This document shows positions 44,425 through 53,598 of a stretch of 64,000 bases of DNA, one piece after another. Within the stretch, counting starts at the first letter, position 1, and each line of letters opens with the position of its first letter. Source of the stretch: Thermoleophilaceae bacterium. Lineage in GTDB: Bacteria; Actinomycetota; Thermoleophilia; Solirubrobacterales; Thermoleophilaceae. The translations under genes and the position numbers were made by a program. The notes beneath the pieces are model-generated. The model was not told the DNA's origin, searched no databases, and worked only from the letters and a program-made list of their open reading frames with translations. The stretch lies in the NCBI GenBank assembly GCA_036555755.1, contig DATBKS010000246.1:1833-65832 (forward strand), read 5' to 3'.

Positions 44425-45995
44425 TCCGACACCAGCTTCGTCAGCTCAGAGCGGATGACCTTGCCCATGTGGTTCACGGGGAACTCCTCCAGGAATACGA
44501 CCCGCTTCGGCCGCTTGTACGGGGCGAGCCGCTCGCCGGCGAAGGCGATCAGAGCGTCCTCCGAGAGGTCTGTGCCGGGAGCACGGACCACCGCCGCCAC
44601 CACCTCCTCACCCCAGCGCGCCGACGGCACGCCGACGACAGCGGCGCGCACCACCTCCGGCGACTCCTCGAGCGCGAGCTCGATCTCGCGCGGATAGACG
44701 TTCAGGCCGCCCGTGATGATCAGCTCCTTCGCGCGACCGGTAATCGAGAGGAACCCGTCCGCGGGGTCGATCCGCCCGATGTCGCCCGTGCGGAACCAGC
44801 CGCCCTGGTAGAAGGACTCCGCCGTCGCCTCCTCGTTGTCGCGGTATCCCGCGAAGACCTGCGGGCCACGAACGACGATCTCGCCCTCGTCGCCGTCGGC
44901 CACGGGCTGCGCCTCGCCGTCCACCACCGCCATCTCGATCCCCGGGAACGGGAGGCCGACGCTGCCGGGCTTGCGCGGGCCGTCGTAGAGGTTGGACACA
45001 TCGAGCCCGCTCTCGGTGGTGCCATAGCGCTCGAGCGGGATCTGGCCGACCAGCTCCTCCACGCGCGCGGCCATGGCAGGGCTGAGCGGAGCCGAGCCGG
45101 ACACCAGGAGCCGCAGCGAGGCGAGCCGCTTGGCCCTGAACGCCTCGGACGCGACGAAGCGCTCGTACATCGCGGGAACCGCGAGCAGCACGGTGCCGCG
45201 CTCGCGCTCGATCGTCTCGCAGATCGCATCGGGGTCGAACTTCGCGCCGATCACACCGCGCGCGCCCGACAGCAGCGTGGCAGTGACGCCGCCCAGGCCG
45301 TGCTGATGGAAGAGCGGGAGCGAATGGACCATCACGTCGTCTGCGCTCCAGCGCCAAGCGAGCATCACCGCCCGCATCGACGACAGGGCGTTGGCGTGCG
45401 TGAGCGGGACGGCCTTCGGCCTGCCGGTGGTGCCCGAGGTGTAGGCGAGGAACGCCACCTCATCCGAGCCGGTTCGCTCGACCGGCAGCGGCTCGAGCCC
45501 GGGCGGCTCGGGCACGACGGCGTCGATCACGAGCTCGAGCCCGGGCAGCTCCTCGGCCAGCTCGGCAGCCGTGGCAAACACGGGGTCCGCGACCACGGCC
45601 GCCGACGCCCCGCTGTGCCCGACCAGGTGCCGCAGCTCGGATTTCGTGTAGGCCGGATTGGCGAGCAGCACCGTGGCGCCGGCGCGCAGGATCCCGAGGT
45701 ACGCCTCGATCATCGCCATCGAGCTGGGCGCCGAGAACAGCACGACGTCGCCACGGCGGACACCCAGCTCGCGCAGGTACGCGGCGTAGCGCCCGGCGGC
45801 CTCGTCGAGCTCGCCGTGCGTTCGCTTGACGCCGTCGACATCGAGCGCTGGCTGGTCCGGTCCGGCCATCGCGGTGGCATGGAACGCCTCGGGCAGCGAC
45901 CCGGCCGTCAGCTCGGCCAGGAGCGCGTTCGGGTCGGGCTCGCGGCCGAGGTGGCGCCGCCAGGCGTCGAGCGTGCGCGGGTCCGGCTCCCTCAC
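44421..45995 (-). CDS. AMP-dependent acyl-CoA synthetase/ligase
   Basis: Track ORF 44421..46019. GTG at residue 9 (45995) forms a GTGA overlap with the hydratase stop. AMP-binding motif YTSGTTGRPKAV. Confidence 0.9.
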   Translation of the reverse strand: MREPDPRTLDAWRRHLGREPDPNALLAELTAGSLPEAFHATAMAGPDQPALDVDGVKRTHGELDEAAGRYAAYLRELGVRRGDVVLFSAPSSMAMIEAYLGILRAGATVLLANPAYTKSELRHLVGHSGASAAVVADPVFATAAELAEELPGLELVIDAVVPEPPGLEPLPVERTGSDEVAFLAYTSGTTGRPKAVPLTHANALSSMRAVMLAWRWSADDVMVHSLPLFHQHGLGGVTATLLSGARGVIGAKFDPDAICETIERERGTVLLAVPAMYERFVASEAFRAKRLASLRLLVSGSAPLSPAMAARVEELVGQIPLERYGTTESGLDVSNLYDGPRKPGSVGLPFPGIEMAVVDGEAQPVADGDEGEIVVRGPQVFAGYRDNEEATAESFYQGGWFRTGDIGRIDPADGFLSITGRAKELIITGGLNVYPREIELALEESPEVVRAAVVGVPSARWGEEVVAAVVRAPGTDLSEDALIAFAGERLAPYKRPKRVVFLEEFPVNHMGKVIRSELTKLVSE

Positions 45996-46693
45996 AGCCC
46001 GCTCACCGACCCAGACCACGACTCCCGGTTGCCCGTCCGCTCCTCCTCGAGCGCCGCGAGCACGCCGCTTGCGGTGCGGGCCACCGACTTCACGCGCGCC
46101 ACCGCCGCGGCATCGAGCATCGCGATCTCGCCGGCGAGCCGGAGCGCGGCCTCAAACGGGTCCGGCTCGACACGATCGAGCAGGCCGATGGCGAGCGCCT
46201 CTTCGGCCCCCACCGTCCTCATGCTGAGGCAGAGCTCCACCGCGCGTCCGCGGCCCACGAGCGCCGGCAGTCCCCACGCCCCCACCGCGAGGCCGTGGCC
46301 CGGGCCCACGAAGCGTAGGCTCGCCCTGCTGCCGCCGATGCGGATGTCGCAGGCGAGCGCGAGCTGGGCGCCGCCGCCCACCGCCGGCCCGTCGAGCGTC
46401 GCGATGATCGGAGCCGGGCTGTCGAGCATCGTCACGTACAGCGCGTAAAGAAGGTCGCTCACCTCCGTGCGCTCGGAGTCGTCGAGCGAGAGGTCGGCGC
46501 CGCCCGAGAACGCCCCGGGCGAGTGGCTGCCGAGGACGAACACGCGCGCACGGCGGTCGGCGAACTGCTCTGTCAGTGCGGTCACGAGCGGGCGATGAAG
46601 CGCATTACGCTTCTCCGGCCGGTCGAGCCACAGCCGCACCACGCCGTCGTCGCGGCGGTCCACCACGAGGCCGGCGTCCGATCTTCCGGGCAC
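45992..46693 (-). CDS. Enoyl-CoA hydratase/isomerase (crotonase) family protein
   Basis: C-terminal part of track ORF 45992..47260. Possible GTG starts at 46693, 46666 or 46663. Motifs VRLWLDRPEKRNAL, FSGGADL and GPAVGGGAQLALACDIRI. Confidence 0.8.
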   Translation of the reverse strand: MPGRSDAGLVVDRRDDGVVRLWLDRPEKRNALHRPLVTALTEQFADRRARVFVLGSHSPGAFSGGADLSLDDSERTEVSDLLYALYVTMLDSPAPIIATLDGPAVGGGAQLALACDIRIGGSRASLRFVGPGHGLAVGAWGLPALVGRGRAVELCLSMRTVGAEEALAIGLLDRVEPDPFEAALRLAGEIAMLDAAAVARVKSVARTASGVLAALEEERTGNRESWSGSVSGL

Positions 46694-46711
46694 ACGTGTA
46701 CGGTAATACGA

Positions 46712-47599
46712 ATGCCAAAGGCCCGGACCGACGACGGCATCGAGCTCGACTGGCAGGAGCACGGCTCGGGCCACCCTCTCCTCTTCATCCACGAGTTCGC
46801 GGGCGACCAGCGCAGCTTCGCTCCCCAGGTCGAGCACTTCGCGAACCGCTACCGCTGCATCGTCTACAACGCCCGCGGCTACCCGCCCTCGGACGTCCCG
46901 GAGGACGAGGCTGCCTACTCGCAGGTGCGCGCCGCCGCGGACGCGCTCACCGTGCTCGACGCCGCCGGCGCCGAGCAAGCTCACGTGGTCGGAGTCTCGA
47001 TGGGCGGCTTCTGCGCGCTCCACCTCGCGCTGCGCCATCCCGACCGCGTCACGGCCACGGCGATCGGAGGCGTTGGGTACGGGGCACAGCCGGAGGCGAA
47101 CCCGCGCTTCCGCAGGGAATGCGAGGCGATCGCCCGCGCGTTCCGGGACGAGGGCACGCCCGCCGTGGCGGAGCGCTACGCGGTCGGACCGGCCCGGGTG
47201 CAATTCCAGAACAAGAACCCCGACGGCTGGCAGCTGTTCGCCGACCAGCTCGCGGAGCACGACGCACGAGGCGCGGAGCTCACCATGCTCGGCGTCCAGC
47301 GCCTGCGTCCCTCACTCTACGAGATGCGCGACGAGCTCGCCGCGATCAGCGTGCCGTTCCTGATCCTCGCCGGAGACGAGGACGAGGGCTGCCTCGAGGC
47401 CGACCTGATGCTCAAGCGGACGATCCCGAGCGCTGGCCTCAGCTTCCTCCCGCGTACGGGCCACACCTGCAACCTCGAGGAACCCGAGGTCTTCAACGCA
47501 GTCGTCGAGCACTTCCTCGACGCGGTCGAGAGCGGTTCGTGGGGACTGCGCGACCCCCGTTCGCTGAGCACCAGCGTGACGGGGATGGATGACGATTAG
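46712..47599 (+). CDS. Alpha/beta hydrolase
   Basis: Starts at Met64 of track ORF 46523..47599. N-terminus MPKARTDDGIELDWQEHGSGHPLLFIHEF. Nucleophile elbow GVSMGG. TACGGT sits 7 nt upstream of the ATG, a leaderless-type layout. Confidence 0.85.
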   Translation: MPKARTDDGIELDWQEHGSGHPLLFIHEFAGDQRSFAPQVEHFANRYRCIVYNARGYPPSDVPEDEAAYSQVRAAADALTVLDAAGAEQAHVVGVSMGGFCALHLALRHPDRVTATAIGGVGYGAQPEANPRFRRECEAIARAFRDEGTPAVAERYAVGPARVQFQNKNPDGWQLFADQLAEHDARGAELTMLGVQRLRPSLYEMRDELAAISVPFLILAGDEDEGCLEADLMLKRTIPSAGLSFLPRTGHTCNLEEPEVFNAVVEHFLDAVESGSWGLRDPRSLSTSVTGMDDD

Positions 47600-48864
47600 G
47601 CCAGCCCGCAGACCTCGATCGCGATCGCCGCGTACACGTTTGCGGCGGTGGTGAGAGCGTCGATCTCCATCGCGAAGTTGCCGCCGCCCACGCTCGCGCC
47701 CGGGCCGTAGACGACCGTGGGAATGCCGGCCTCGATGAACACGTTGCTGTCGCGCCACATGCTCGTGATGGCCTCGATCGGGCGGCCGGGAGCGCCGCCG
47801 ATGACCCGCTCGTGGGCCATCTCCACACGCTCGACGAGCGGCTCCACCCCCGTGGCCTCGTAGCCGCGGCGATACGCGATCGGCTCCACGGTCGCAGGTA
47901 CTCCCGCGGCCGCGATCGCGGCCTCGAGCTCGCGCTGCACGCTGCGCGGGTCCTGCTGCGGCGTGATGCGCGCGTCGACGTAGAGGAGACAGATCGACGG
48001 GGTCTTCGTGATCTTGTAGGGCACGCCGCTGCGCACCGCGTTCACGCTCACCTTCGGAACCACGGCGCCGCCCGGGCAGCTGTACGTGTGCTCCTGCTCG
48101 TAGGCGTACGCCCACTCCTCGATCGCCTGGATCACCGCCGTCGAGCGCACGATCGCGTTCGGGGAGTCCACGATGCCGGTCGGCCGCGGCAGATAGGGCG
48201 TGTAGAGCGGCGGCTCGTCGCCGTGCACGCTCACCTTGAAGAACGCCTTGCCCGCCTCCACCCAGCAGAGCGCGAAGCTCGTCCCCTCCGCCACCACCGC
48301 CCAGTCGGCGGTCACGCCGCGGTTGACGATGTAGCGTGCGCCCGCCTCCTTCGCGATGTATTGCGGCGGCTGGAACTCGTCCACGGGCTCGAGGCCGATC
48401 TCGCCGACGACCATCGTCATCAGCAGGTCGCCCTTGAGCCGGATGCCGGCCGCCTTAAGCGCCTTGCAGGCGATCATCCAGGTGGCCATCACGCCCTTGT
48501 TGTTGACGATGCCGTTACCGATCAGCTGGCGGCCCTCGCGCCACGCGGTGTGGTGCTCGGGCGCCGCGGAGCGCGGAGTGGTGAGCCACTCCTCCTTGGC
48601 GATCGTGGTGTCGAGATGGCTGTTGAACAGCAGGCTCTCACCGCCGCCCGCACCGGGGATGCGCGCGACGACGTTCGCCCGGTCCGGGAAGAGACCCAGG
48701 CGACGCGGCTCGAAGCCCTGCGCCTCGCACCATTCGAAGACGTGGTCGGACGCGGCGCCTTCCTCGCCCGTCGGGCTGTCGAGATTCCCGAGCGCCAGGG
48801 CCAGCTCGACGAGCTCGTCCTCGTCGATGTGGCGCGCCACACTGGCGAGGACGTCGGTGGTCAC
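47596..48864 (-). CDS. M20-family metallopeptidase/deacylase, copy 2
   Basis: GTG at residue 114 of track ORF 47596..49203 forms a GTGA overlap with the small-subunit stop. Motifs LLFNSHLDT and NNKGVMATW. It aligns along its full length with 19022..20290. Confidence 0.85.
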   Translation of the reverse strand: MTTDVLASVARHIDEDELVELALALGNLDSPTGEEGAASDHVFEWCEAQGFEPRRLGLFPDRANVVARIPGAGGGESLLFNSHLDTTIAKEEWLTTPRSAAPEHHTAWREGRQLIGNGIVNNKGVMATWMIACKALKAAGIRLKGDLLMTMVVGEIGLEPVDEFQPPQYIAKEAGARYIVNRGVTADWAVVAEGTSFALCWVEAGKAFFKVSVHGDEPPLYTPYLPRPTGIVDSPNAIVRSTAVIQAIEEWAYAYEQEHTYSCPGGAVVPKVSVNAVRSGVPYKITKTPSICLLYVDARITPQQDPRSVQRELEAAIAAAGVPATVEPIAYRRGYEATGVEPLVERVEMAHERVIGGAPGRPIEAITSMWRDSNVFIEAGIPTVVYGPGASVGGGNFAMEIDALTTAANVYAAIAIEVCGLA

Positions 48865-49349
48865 TCCTCGGGCTCCGCTGACATGCGGTTGGCGGCGAGC
48901 GCGGTGGCGGAGACGATGTTCTGGTACCCGGTACAGCGGCAGAGGTTGCCCGCCAGAAGCTCGCGGATCTGGGCGTCGTCGTAGTGGCGCGCCTCGGCGA
49001 GCATCGGCTCGATCGACATCAGGAAGCCCGGCGTGCAGAAGCCGCACTGGAGCGCGTGCGACTCGTGGAATGCCTGCTGAAGCGGATGCAGGGTCCCGTC
49101 CGGGTTCGCCAGGCTCTCGACCGTGCGGAGCGAGTGCCCGTCGGCCTGAATGGCGAGCATCAGGCACGAGCGCACCGGCTCGCGGTCCATCTGCACGGTG
49201 CACGCGCCGCAGACGCCGTGCTCGCAGCCAACGTGCGTGCCGGTTAGCCCGGCCTCGTGCCGGATGAAATCCGAGAGCAGGAGGCGCGGCTCGATCTCGC
49301 GCTCGTAGGTCTTCCCGTTGATCTCGATCGCGACGCGCCGCAGGCTCAC
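48861..49349 (-). CDS. Mo-hydroxylase small subunit, 2x[2Fe-2S] (CoxS-like), copy 2
   Basis: 162 aa. It shares a 39-aa identical run with copy 1 (YEREIEPRLLLSDFIRHEAGLTGTHVGCEHGVCGACTVQ). GTGA overlap with the medium-subunit stop. Confidence 0.95.
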   Translation of the reverse strand: MSLRRVAIEINGKTYEREIEPRLLLSDFIRHEAGLTGTHVGCEHGVCGACTVQMDREPVRSCLMLAIQADGHSLRTVESLANPDGTLHPLQQAFHESHALQCGFCTPGFLMSIEPMLAEARHYDDAQIRELLAGNLCRCTGYQNIVSATALAANRMSAEPEE

Positions 49350-50203
49350 GCCGCCGCCTTCAGGAGCGCGCGGCGAACCATCGCCTCGATCAGGCGCTTG
49401 CGGTAGCCCGAGGAGCCGTGGATGTCGCCCGTGGGGTCGATGTCGCGGGTCGCGACGCTCGCGATCTCGGCAGCGAGTTCCTCGTCGAGACGCTTGCCCT
49501 TCAGCAGCGCCTCGGCCTCGCGCGCTCGGATGGGGGTGTCGGCCGCGCCGAGCAGCGCGATTCGCGCCTCGGCGCAGGTGTCGCCGCCGTTCTTCGTGTA
49601 GAGCACGGCCGCCCCGCCGAGTGCGAAGTCGCCATGGCGGCGGGAGTACTCCTCGAACGCGTGACCCGTGCCCTCGGGCAGAGCGGGCACCTCGACCTCG
49701 ACGAGCAGCTCATCGGGCTCGAGCGTGGTGGTGAGGTGAGTGACGAAGAAGTCGCTCGCCTCGATCGTGCGCTCGCCGCGCGAAGAGCGCGCCTTGAAGC
49801 GCGCGTCGAGGCAGGCCAGCGCCACTGGGAGCTCCGCCGCAGGGTCGGCGTGTGCGGCCGAGCCGCCGACCGTGCCGCGGTTCCGTATCTGCGGGTGGGC
49901 GACCAGCTTGAGGGCGTCGCCGAGGAGGCCCCAGCCCTCGTGGGCGACCGGCGACTGCTCGAGTCGCGCCTGCCGGCAGAGCGCCCCGATCTGGAGACGA
50001 CCGTCCCGGCGGCGCAGGTACGAGAGCTCCTCGACGCGGTTCACGTCGACGATCACAGATGGCTGGGCGAGCCGAAAGTTGAGCAGAGGCACGAGGCTCT
50101 GACCGCCGGCGAGCACCTTCCCGTCCTCGCCACACTCGCTCAGGACGGAAACCGCTTCATCGAGCGAGCGCGGGTCCTTATAGTCAAAGGGCGGTGGTTT
50201 CAC
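49346..50203 (-). CDS. Mo-hydroxylase medium subunit, FAD-binding (CoxM-like)
   Basis: Track ORF 49346..50365. GTG at residue 55 (50203) has GAGGAGGAG 9 nt upstream; Met43 (50239) is an alternative start. N-terminus VKPPPFDYKDPRSLDEAVSVL. Motifs LAGGQSLVPLLNFR and IRNRGTVGGS. Confidence 0.9.
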   Translation of the reverse strand: MKPPPFDYKDPRSLDEAVSVLSECGEDGKVLAGGQSLVPLLNFRLAQPSVIVDVNRVEELSYLRRRDGRLQIGALCRQARLEQSPVAHEGWGLLGDALKLVAHPQIRNRGTVGGSAAHADPAAELPVALACLDARFKARSSRGERTIEASDFFVTHLTTTLEPDELLVEVEVPALPEGTGHAFEEYSRRHGDFALGGAAVLYTKNGGDTCAEARIALLGAADTPIRAREAEALLKGKRLDEELAAEIASVATRDIDPTGDIHGSSGYRKRLIEAMVRRALLKAAA

Positions 50204-50227
50204 GACGCGAGTCTCCTCCTCGGCGCA

Positions 50228-50248
50228 ATCGTAATACATTGGACCAAT
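50228..50248. promoter_or_regulatory. Weak relative of the AT-rich element (GTAATACATTGGAC) in the coxM-like/sensor divergent region
   Basis: 10/14 match to GTATAATGTTGGAC. It is followed by TAACAT 6 nt upstream of the sensor ATG (leaderless-type layout). Coordinates are approximate (+/- 2 nt). Confidence 0.35.
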
Positions 50249-50274
50249 GAGGGAGCAGCGGGTAACATTACGCG

Positions 50275-52515
50275 ATGGGTGTGCGGCACTTAGCCGACCT
50301 CGATGAGCGGATCGAGCGGCGCTACGTGGAGCTCGCACGGCTCGCGCGCGGCGTCTCGGCCGCATCGGACTTCAAGCAGCTGTGCATGGTGATCGCGGCC
50401 GCCCTGGAGGAGCCTCTCGACGACGCCGACCCGCCAGCGGTGCGCCTGTGGGCAATCACCTCGGACGGCCTCGAAGAGCTCGCTCGCTATGCCCCCGGCC
50501 GGGACCTTCCCCACATCCCGCAGCGCGAGCTGCAGCGCGCCGCGGTCCTCTCCGAGCCAATCGAAGTGTTCGAAGGACGGGCGCTGGTCGGCCTGCACGC
50601 GGGCGGCATGAGCCTCGGAGTGCTTGAGGTCGACGAACGCGCTGCGGACCTCGAGCTGCTCACAAACGCCGCGCCCGTCGTGGCCTGTGGCGTGGGCCTC
50701 CTTGCGGGACAGGGCGTCGGCGACGTCCTTCCCTCCCCCGTGGCGGTCGAGGGAGCGAGCGACACGGCCGCGCTGATGGCCACCTTCGCTTCGGAGGCCA
50801 AGCGGCTGCTGGACCACGACCGGCTCAGCGCCTACCTGCTCACCTGCGAGGGACGCGCGTTCGAGCGCTTCGCGGTCGCCACCTCCCCGATCGTCCCCGG
50901 CGAGGGCGTGATCATCCCGTTCGAGGACGTCGGCCTCCGCCACGTGGTGATGACCAACCGCCCGCTCGTCTCGGCCGACCTCGCGAACGATCCCCGCATC
51001 GTCGGCCGCGAAGACCGCGTGATCGCCCGCGCCGGCTTCCACGGGCTGCTCAGCGTTCCGCTCCGCCTCGGCGGCCGGCCATTCGGGGTGCTCAACTTCG
51101 TGAGCCGGCAGGTGGGCTTCTACGGCGACCACGACTTGCCGATCGCGCAGCAGGTGGCCGATCAGGTCGCGGCCTTCATCGGCAACCTCCGGGCGCAGGA
51201 GCGCATGCGGACGCTGATCCGCCACGAGGCCGTCGAATCCGAGCGGGCGCGTGTGGCGCGCGACGTGTACCACACGGTCGCGCAGACGGTTCCCGCGATC
51301 GACGCGATCGCCGAGGGCCTCGAGCAGCGGCTCGCGGCAAGTGACGAGACAGCCAGCGAGGAGGCTCGCCGGGTGCGCGAGCTCGTGTGGCTCGAGCTGG
51401 CCGACGTCCGCCGCGCGGTCGCGGACCTGACGCCGCGTGGGCTCGACTTCCAGTTGCTCGGCGAGGCGATCGAGTCCACCGTGTCCGGCTTCAGCGAGCT
51501 CGATCCGGTGCCGACGCTTCACATCGAGGGCGACACGGCGGGGCTCTCCGGAGCGGTGCGCCGTGCGAGCTACCGCATCTTCCAGGAGGCACTCGCCAAC
51601 GCGCGCCTGCATTCGGGCGGCCGCCGGATCGAGGTGGTCCTCAAGGTCGACCGCGACCTCGAGCTGAGCGTGACCGACGACGGCGATGGCTTCGACCTCG
51701 ACGACGTCGAGGGCAGCGGCGGCACCGGCATCTCGTTCATGCGCGAGCGGGCGCAGGCCCTTGGCGGAATGCTCACCGTCGATAGCACGCCGCGCCGCGG
51801 GACGACCGTGACCTTCCAGCTTGTCGGCGTCCGGGACACCCCGGAACCGGGGCGGGCGGCCGAGGACCCGGCTGATATGACGACGGCGGCGCCGTCGAAT
51901 CTCCGCCTCTTCATCACGGAGCAGCACTCGCTCACCCGGGCGGGCCTGGTGGCGCTCCTCGAACGTGCGGGCGGCATTCGCGTGGTCGGTGAGGCCGCCA
52001 CTGTCGAAGAGGCACGCGGCCAGGTGCGGCGCCTCCATCCCAACGTCCTGCTGATCGACGCGCATCTCGCCGAGGGCGAGCTCGAGCGGACCGTTGCGGA
52101 GCTGAAGGCGACGATCCCCGACTGTGCCGTGCTGCTGCTCGCGGACTACGAGACGGGCCGCGAGGCCGAGGCGATTGAAAGCGGCGCGAGCGGCGTCGTG
52201 CCGAAGTCCGTGACCGCGGACGAGCTGACAGAGGCCGTGCGCGCGGTGGCGCGCGGCGCGAAGGTGGCGAGCTTCCCGACCGCGGGGAGCGAGCAGGGCG
52301 GCGCCGGACTGAGCTCGCGCGAGCGTGCCGTGCTCGCCCTGATGACCGCGGGACGCACCAACGCCGAGATCGGGGCAACGCTGTTCCTCGCCACGAAGAC
52401 GGTGGAGCGCCAGGTGGCGACCATCAGCCGCAAGCTCGGCGCGCGCAACCGCGCTCACGCAGGGGCGATCGCCGTTGCCCGCCATCTCGTCGATCCCTCC
52501 CAGCTCGACGTCTAG
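50275..52515 (+). CDS. Single-polypeptide GAF-GAF-HisKA_3-HATPase-receiver-LuxR(HTH) signalling protein
   Basis: 746 aa. GAF region (...GRPFGVLNFVSRQVGFYGDHDLPIAQQVADQVAAFIGN). H-box-like ERARVARDVYHTVAQ. N box FQEALANARLHSGG. G boxes DDGDGF and GTGISFMRERAQALGG. Receiver-like LRLFITEQHSL...VLLIDAHL...VPKS. GerE HTH LSSRERAVLALMTAGRTNAEIGATLFLATKTVERQV. Confidence 0.85.
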   Translation: MGVRHLADLDERIERRYVELARLARGVSAASDFKQLCMVIAAALEEPLDDADPPAVRLWAITSDGLEELARYAPGRDLPHIPQRELQRAAVLSEPIEVFEGRALVGLHAGGMSLGVLEVDERAADLELLTNAAPVVACGVGLLAGQGVGDVLPSPVAVEGASDTAALMATFASEAKRLLDHDRLSAYLLTCEGRAFERFAVATSPIVPGEGVIIPFEDVGLRHVVMTNRPLVSADLANDPRIVGREDRVIARAGFHGLLSVPLRLGGRPFGVLNFVSRQVGFYGDHDLPIAQQVADQVAAFIGNLRAQERMRTLIRHEAVESERARVARDVYHTVAQTVPAIDAIAEGLEQRLAASDETASEEARRVRELVWLELADVRRAVADLTPRGLDFQLLGEAIESTVSGFSELDPVPTLHIEGDTAGLSGAVRRASYRIFQEALANARLHSGGRRIEVVLKVDRDLELSVTDDGDGFDLDDVEGSGGTGISFMRERAQALGGMLTVDSTPRRGTTVTFQLVGVRDTPEPGRAAEDPADMTTAAPSNLRLFITEQHSLTRAGLVALLERAGGIRVVGEAATVEEARGQVRRLHPNVLLIDAHLAEGELERTVAELKATIPDCAVLLLADYETGREAEAIESGASGVVPKSVTADELTEAVRAVARGAKVASFPTAGSEQGGAGLSSRERAVLALMTAGRTNAEIGATLFLATKTVERQVATISRKLGARNRAHAGAIAVARHLVDPSQLDV

Positions 52516-53555
52516 CGGCTGACCGCGGGGTCCGGCACGCCGTAGGCGCGCAGGGCGTTCCCACCCAGCACCTTCGCCACCACATCGTCCGCCGCGATGC
52601 GCGGCAGCGTCTCGAGCGCGGACACGTCGGCCATGTCGAACGGCAGGTCCGTGCCGAATACGAGCGCGTCCGGGCCCGCGAGGTCGAGCAGGAAGCGCAG
52701 CGAACGCTCGTCGAAGATCACTGTGTCGAACATGAAGTGCTCGAGGTAGTGGAGCGGGCTGCGCTGCGCCACGGACTTCGTCTCCTCGCGCGCGCCGTAT
52801 GCGTGCTCGAGCCTGCCGAGCTGGTACGGGAAAGAGCCGCCGGCGTGCACGAGCTGGAAGCGCAATCCCGGATGCCGGTCGAGCACGCCGCCGACGATCA
52901 GACGGCTCGCGGCGACGCACGTCTCGTATGGGTTGCCGACCACGTTCGAGAGGTGGAAGCCCTCGAGGTCGGGCCCCGGCTTGGCGACCATGTTCAGATA
53001 CGGATGCACCATCACGGTCACGCCGAGCTCCTCGGCCGCCGCCAGGAAGGGCTCGAATTCGGGCGCGTCGATCATCGCGTCGCCCACGCTCGGTCCGATC
53101 TCCACCCCGCACAGGCCGAGCTCGCCGCAGGCGCGTCGCAGCTCCTCCGCGGCCGCCGCCGGATCATTCAGCGGCACCGTGGCGAGCACGGCGATCCGTC
53201 CCCCGGACGCCTCGGCGTAGGCCGCCCCGGCATCGTTGATCACTCGGTGGGCGCGCACCGTGTCCGCAGGCTCGGCGTCGTACAGAAACATCGATGGGAC
53301 GATCGAGCAGAGCGACACGTCGATGCCGTCGCCGTCCATCTGATCGAGCTTCGCCGCGGCGTCGTGGAAGAGCGGGAAGACCGGGTAGGCGAGCCCGTTC
53401 GAGTGCTCGATCAGCGGCGGCTTGCCCTCGCGGTCGACCACCTTCACGTCCGGCGGGCCCTCCCCCGAGCGCAGGAAATCGACGAACTCGAGCGGGATGA
53501 AATGCGTGTGCGCGTCGACGACGGTCACGTGCCGCGATGGTACGGAGCCGCCCAT
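52512..53555 (-). CDS. Amidohydrolase_2 (ACMSD-like decarboxylase/hydrolase) family protein
   Basis: 347 aa. Motifs VTVVDAHTHFIP and FGTDLPFD. An alternative GTG start lies at 53528. Confidence 0.85.
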   Translation of the reverse strand: MGGSVPSRHVTVVDAHTHFIPLEFVDFLRSGEGPPDVKVVDREGKPPLIEHSNGLAYPVFPLFHDAAAKLDQMDGDGIDVSLCSIVPSMFLYDAEPADTVRAHRVINDAGAAYAEASGGRIAVLATVPLNDPAAAAEELRRACGELGLCGVEIGPSVGDAMIDAPEFEPFLAAAEELGVTVMVHPYLNMVAKPGPDLEGFHLSNVVGNPYETCVAASRLIVGGVLDRHPGLRFQLVHAGGSFPYQLGRLEHAYGAREETKSVAQRSPLHYLEHFMFDTVIFDERSLRFLLDLAGPDALVFGTDLPFDMADVSALETLPRIAADDVVAKVLGGNALRAYGVPDPAVSR

Positions 53556-53582
53556 CCGGCGGTCAACGCCAGCGCCCCCAGC

Positions 53583-53598
53583 GGCGGGATTTCCCGCC
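53583..53598. repeat. Palindrome GGCGGGATTTCCCGCC (GGGATTTCCC core) in a divergent promoter region
   Basis: Perfect dyad. A second related unit, CGGGTTTTGACCCCG, follows at ~53606-53620. Confidence 0.45.

Noticed and set aside
50290-53112. 940-aa minus-strand ORF opposite the sensor kinase gene
   Set aside because: Shadow ORF with Arg/Gly/Ala-rich composition. The plus strand shows the ordered GAF, H-box, N/G boxes, receiver and GerE HTH.
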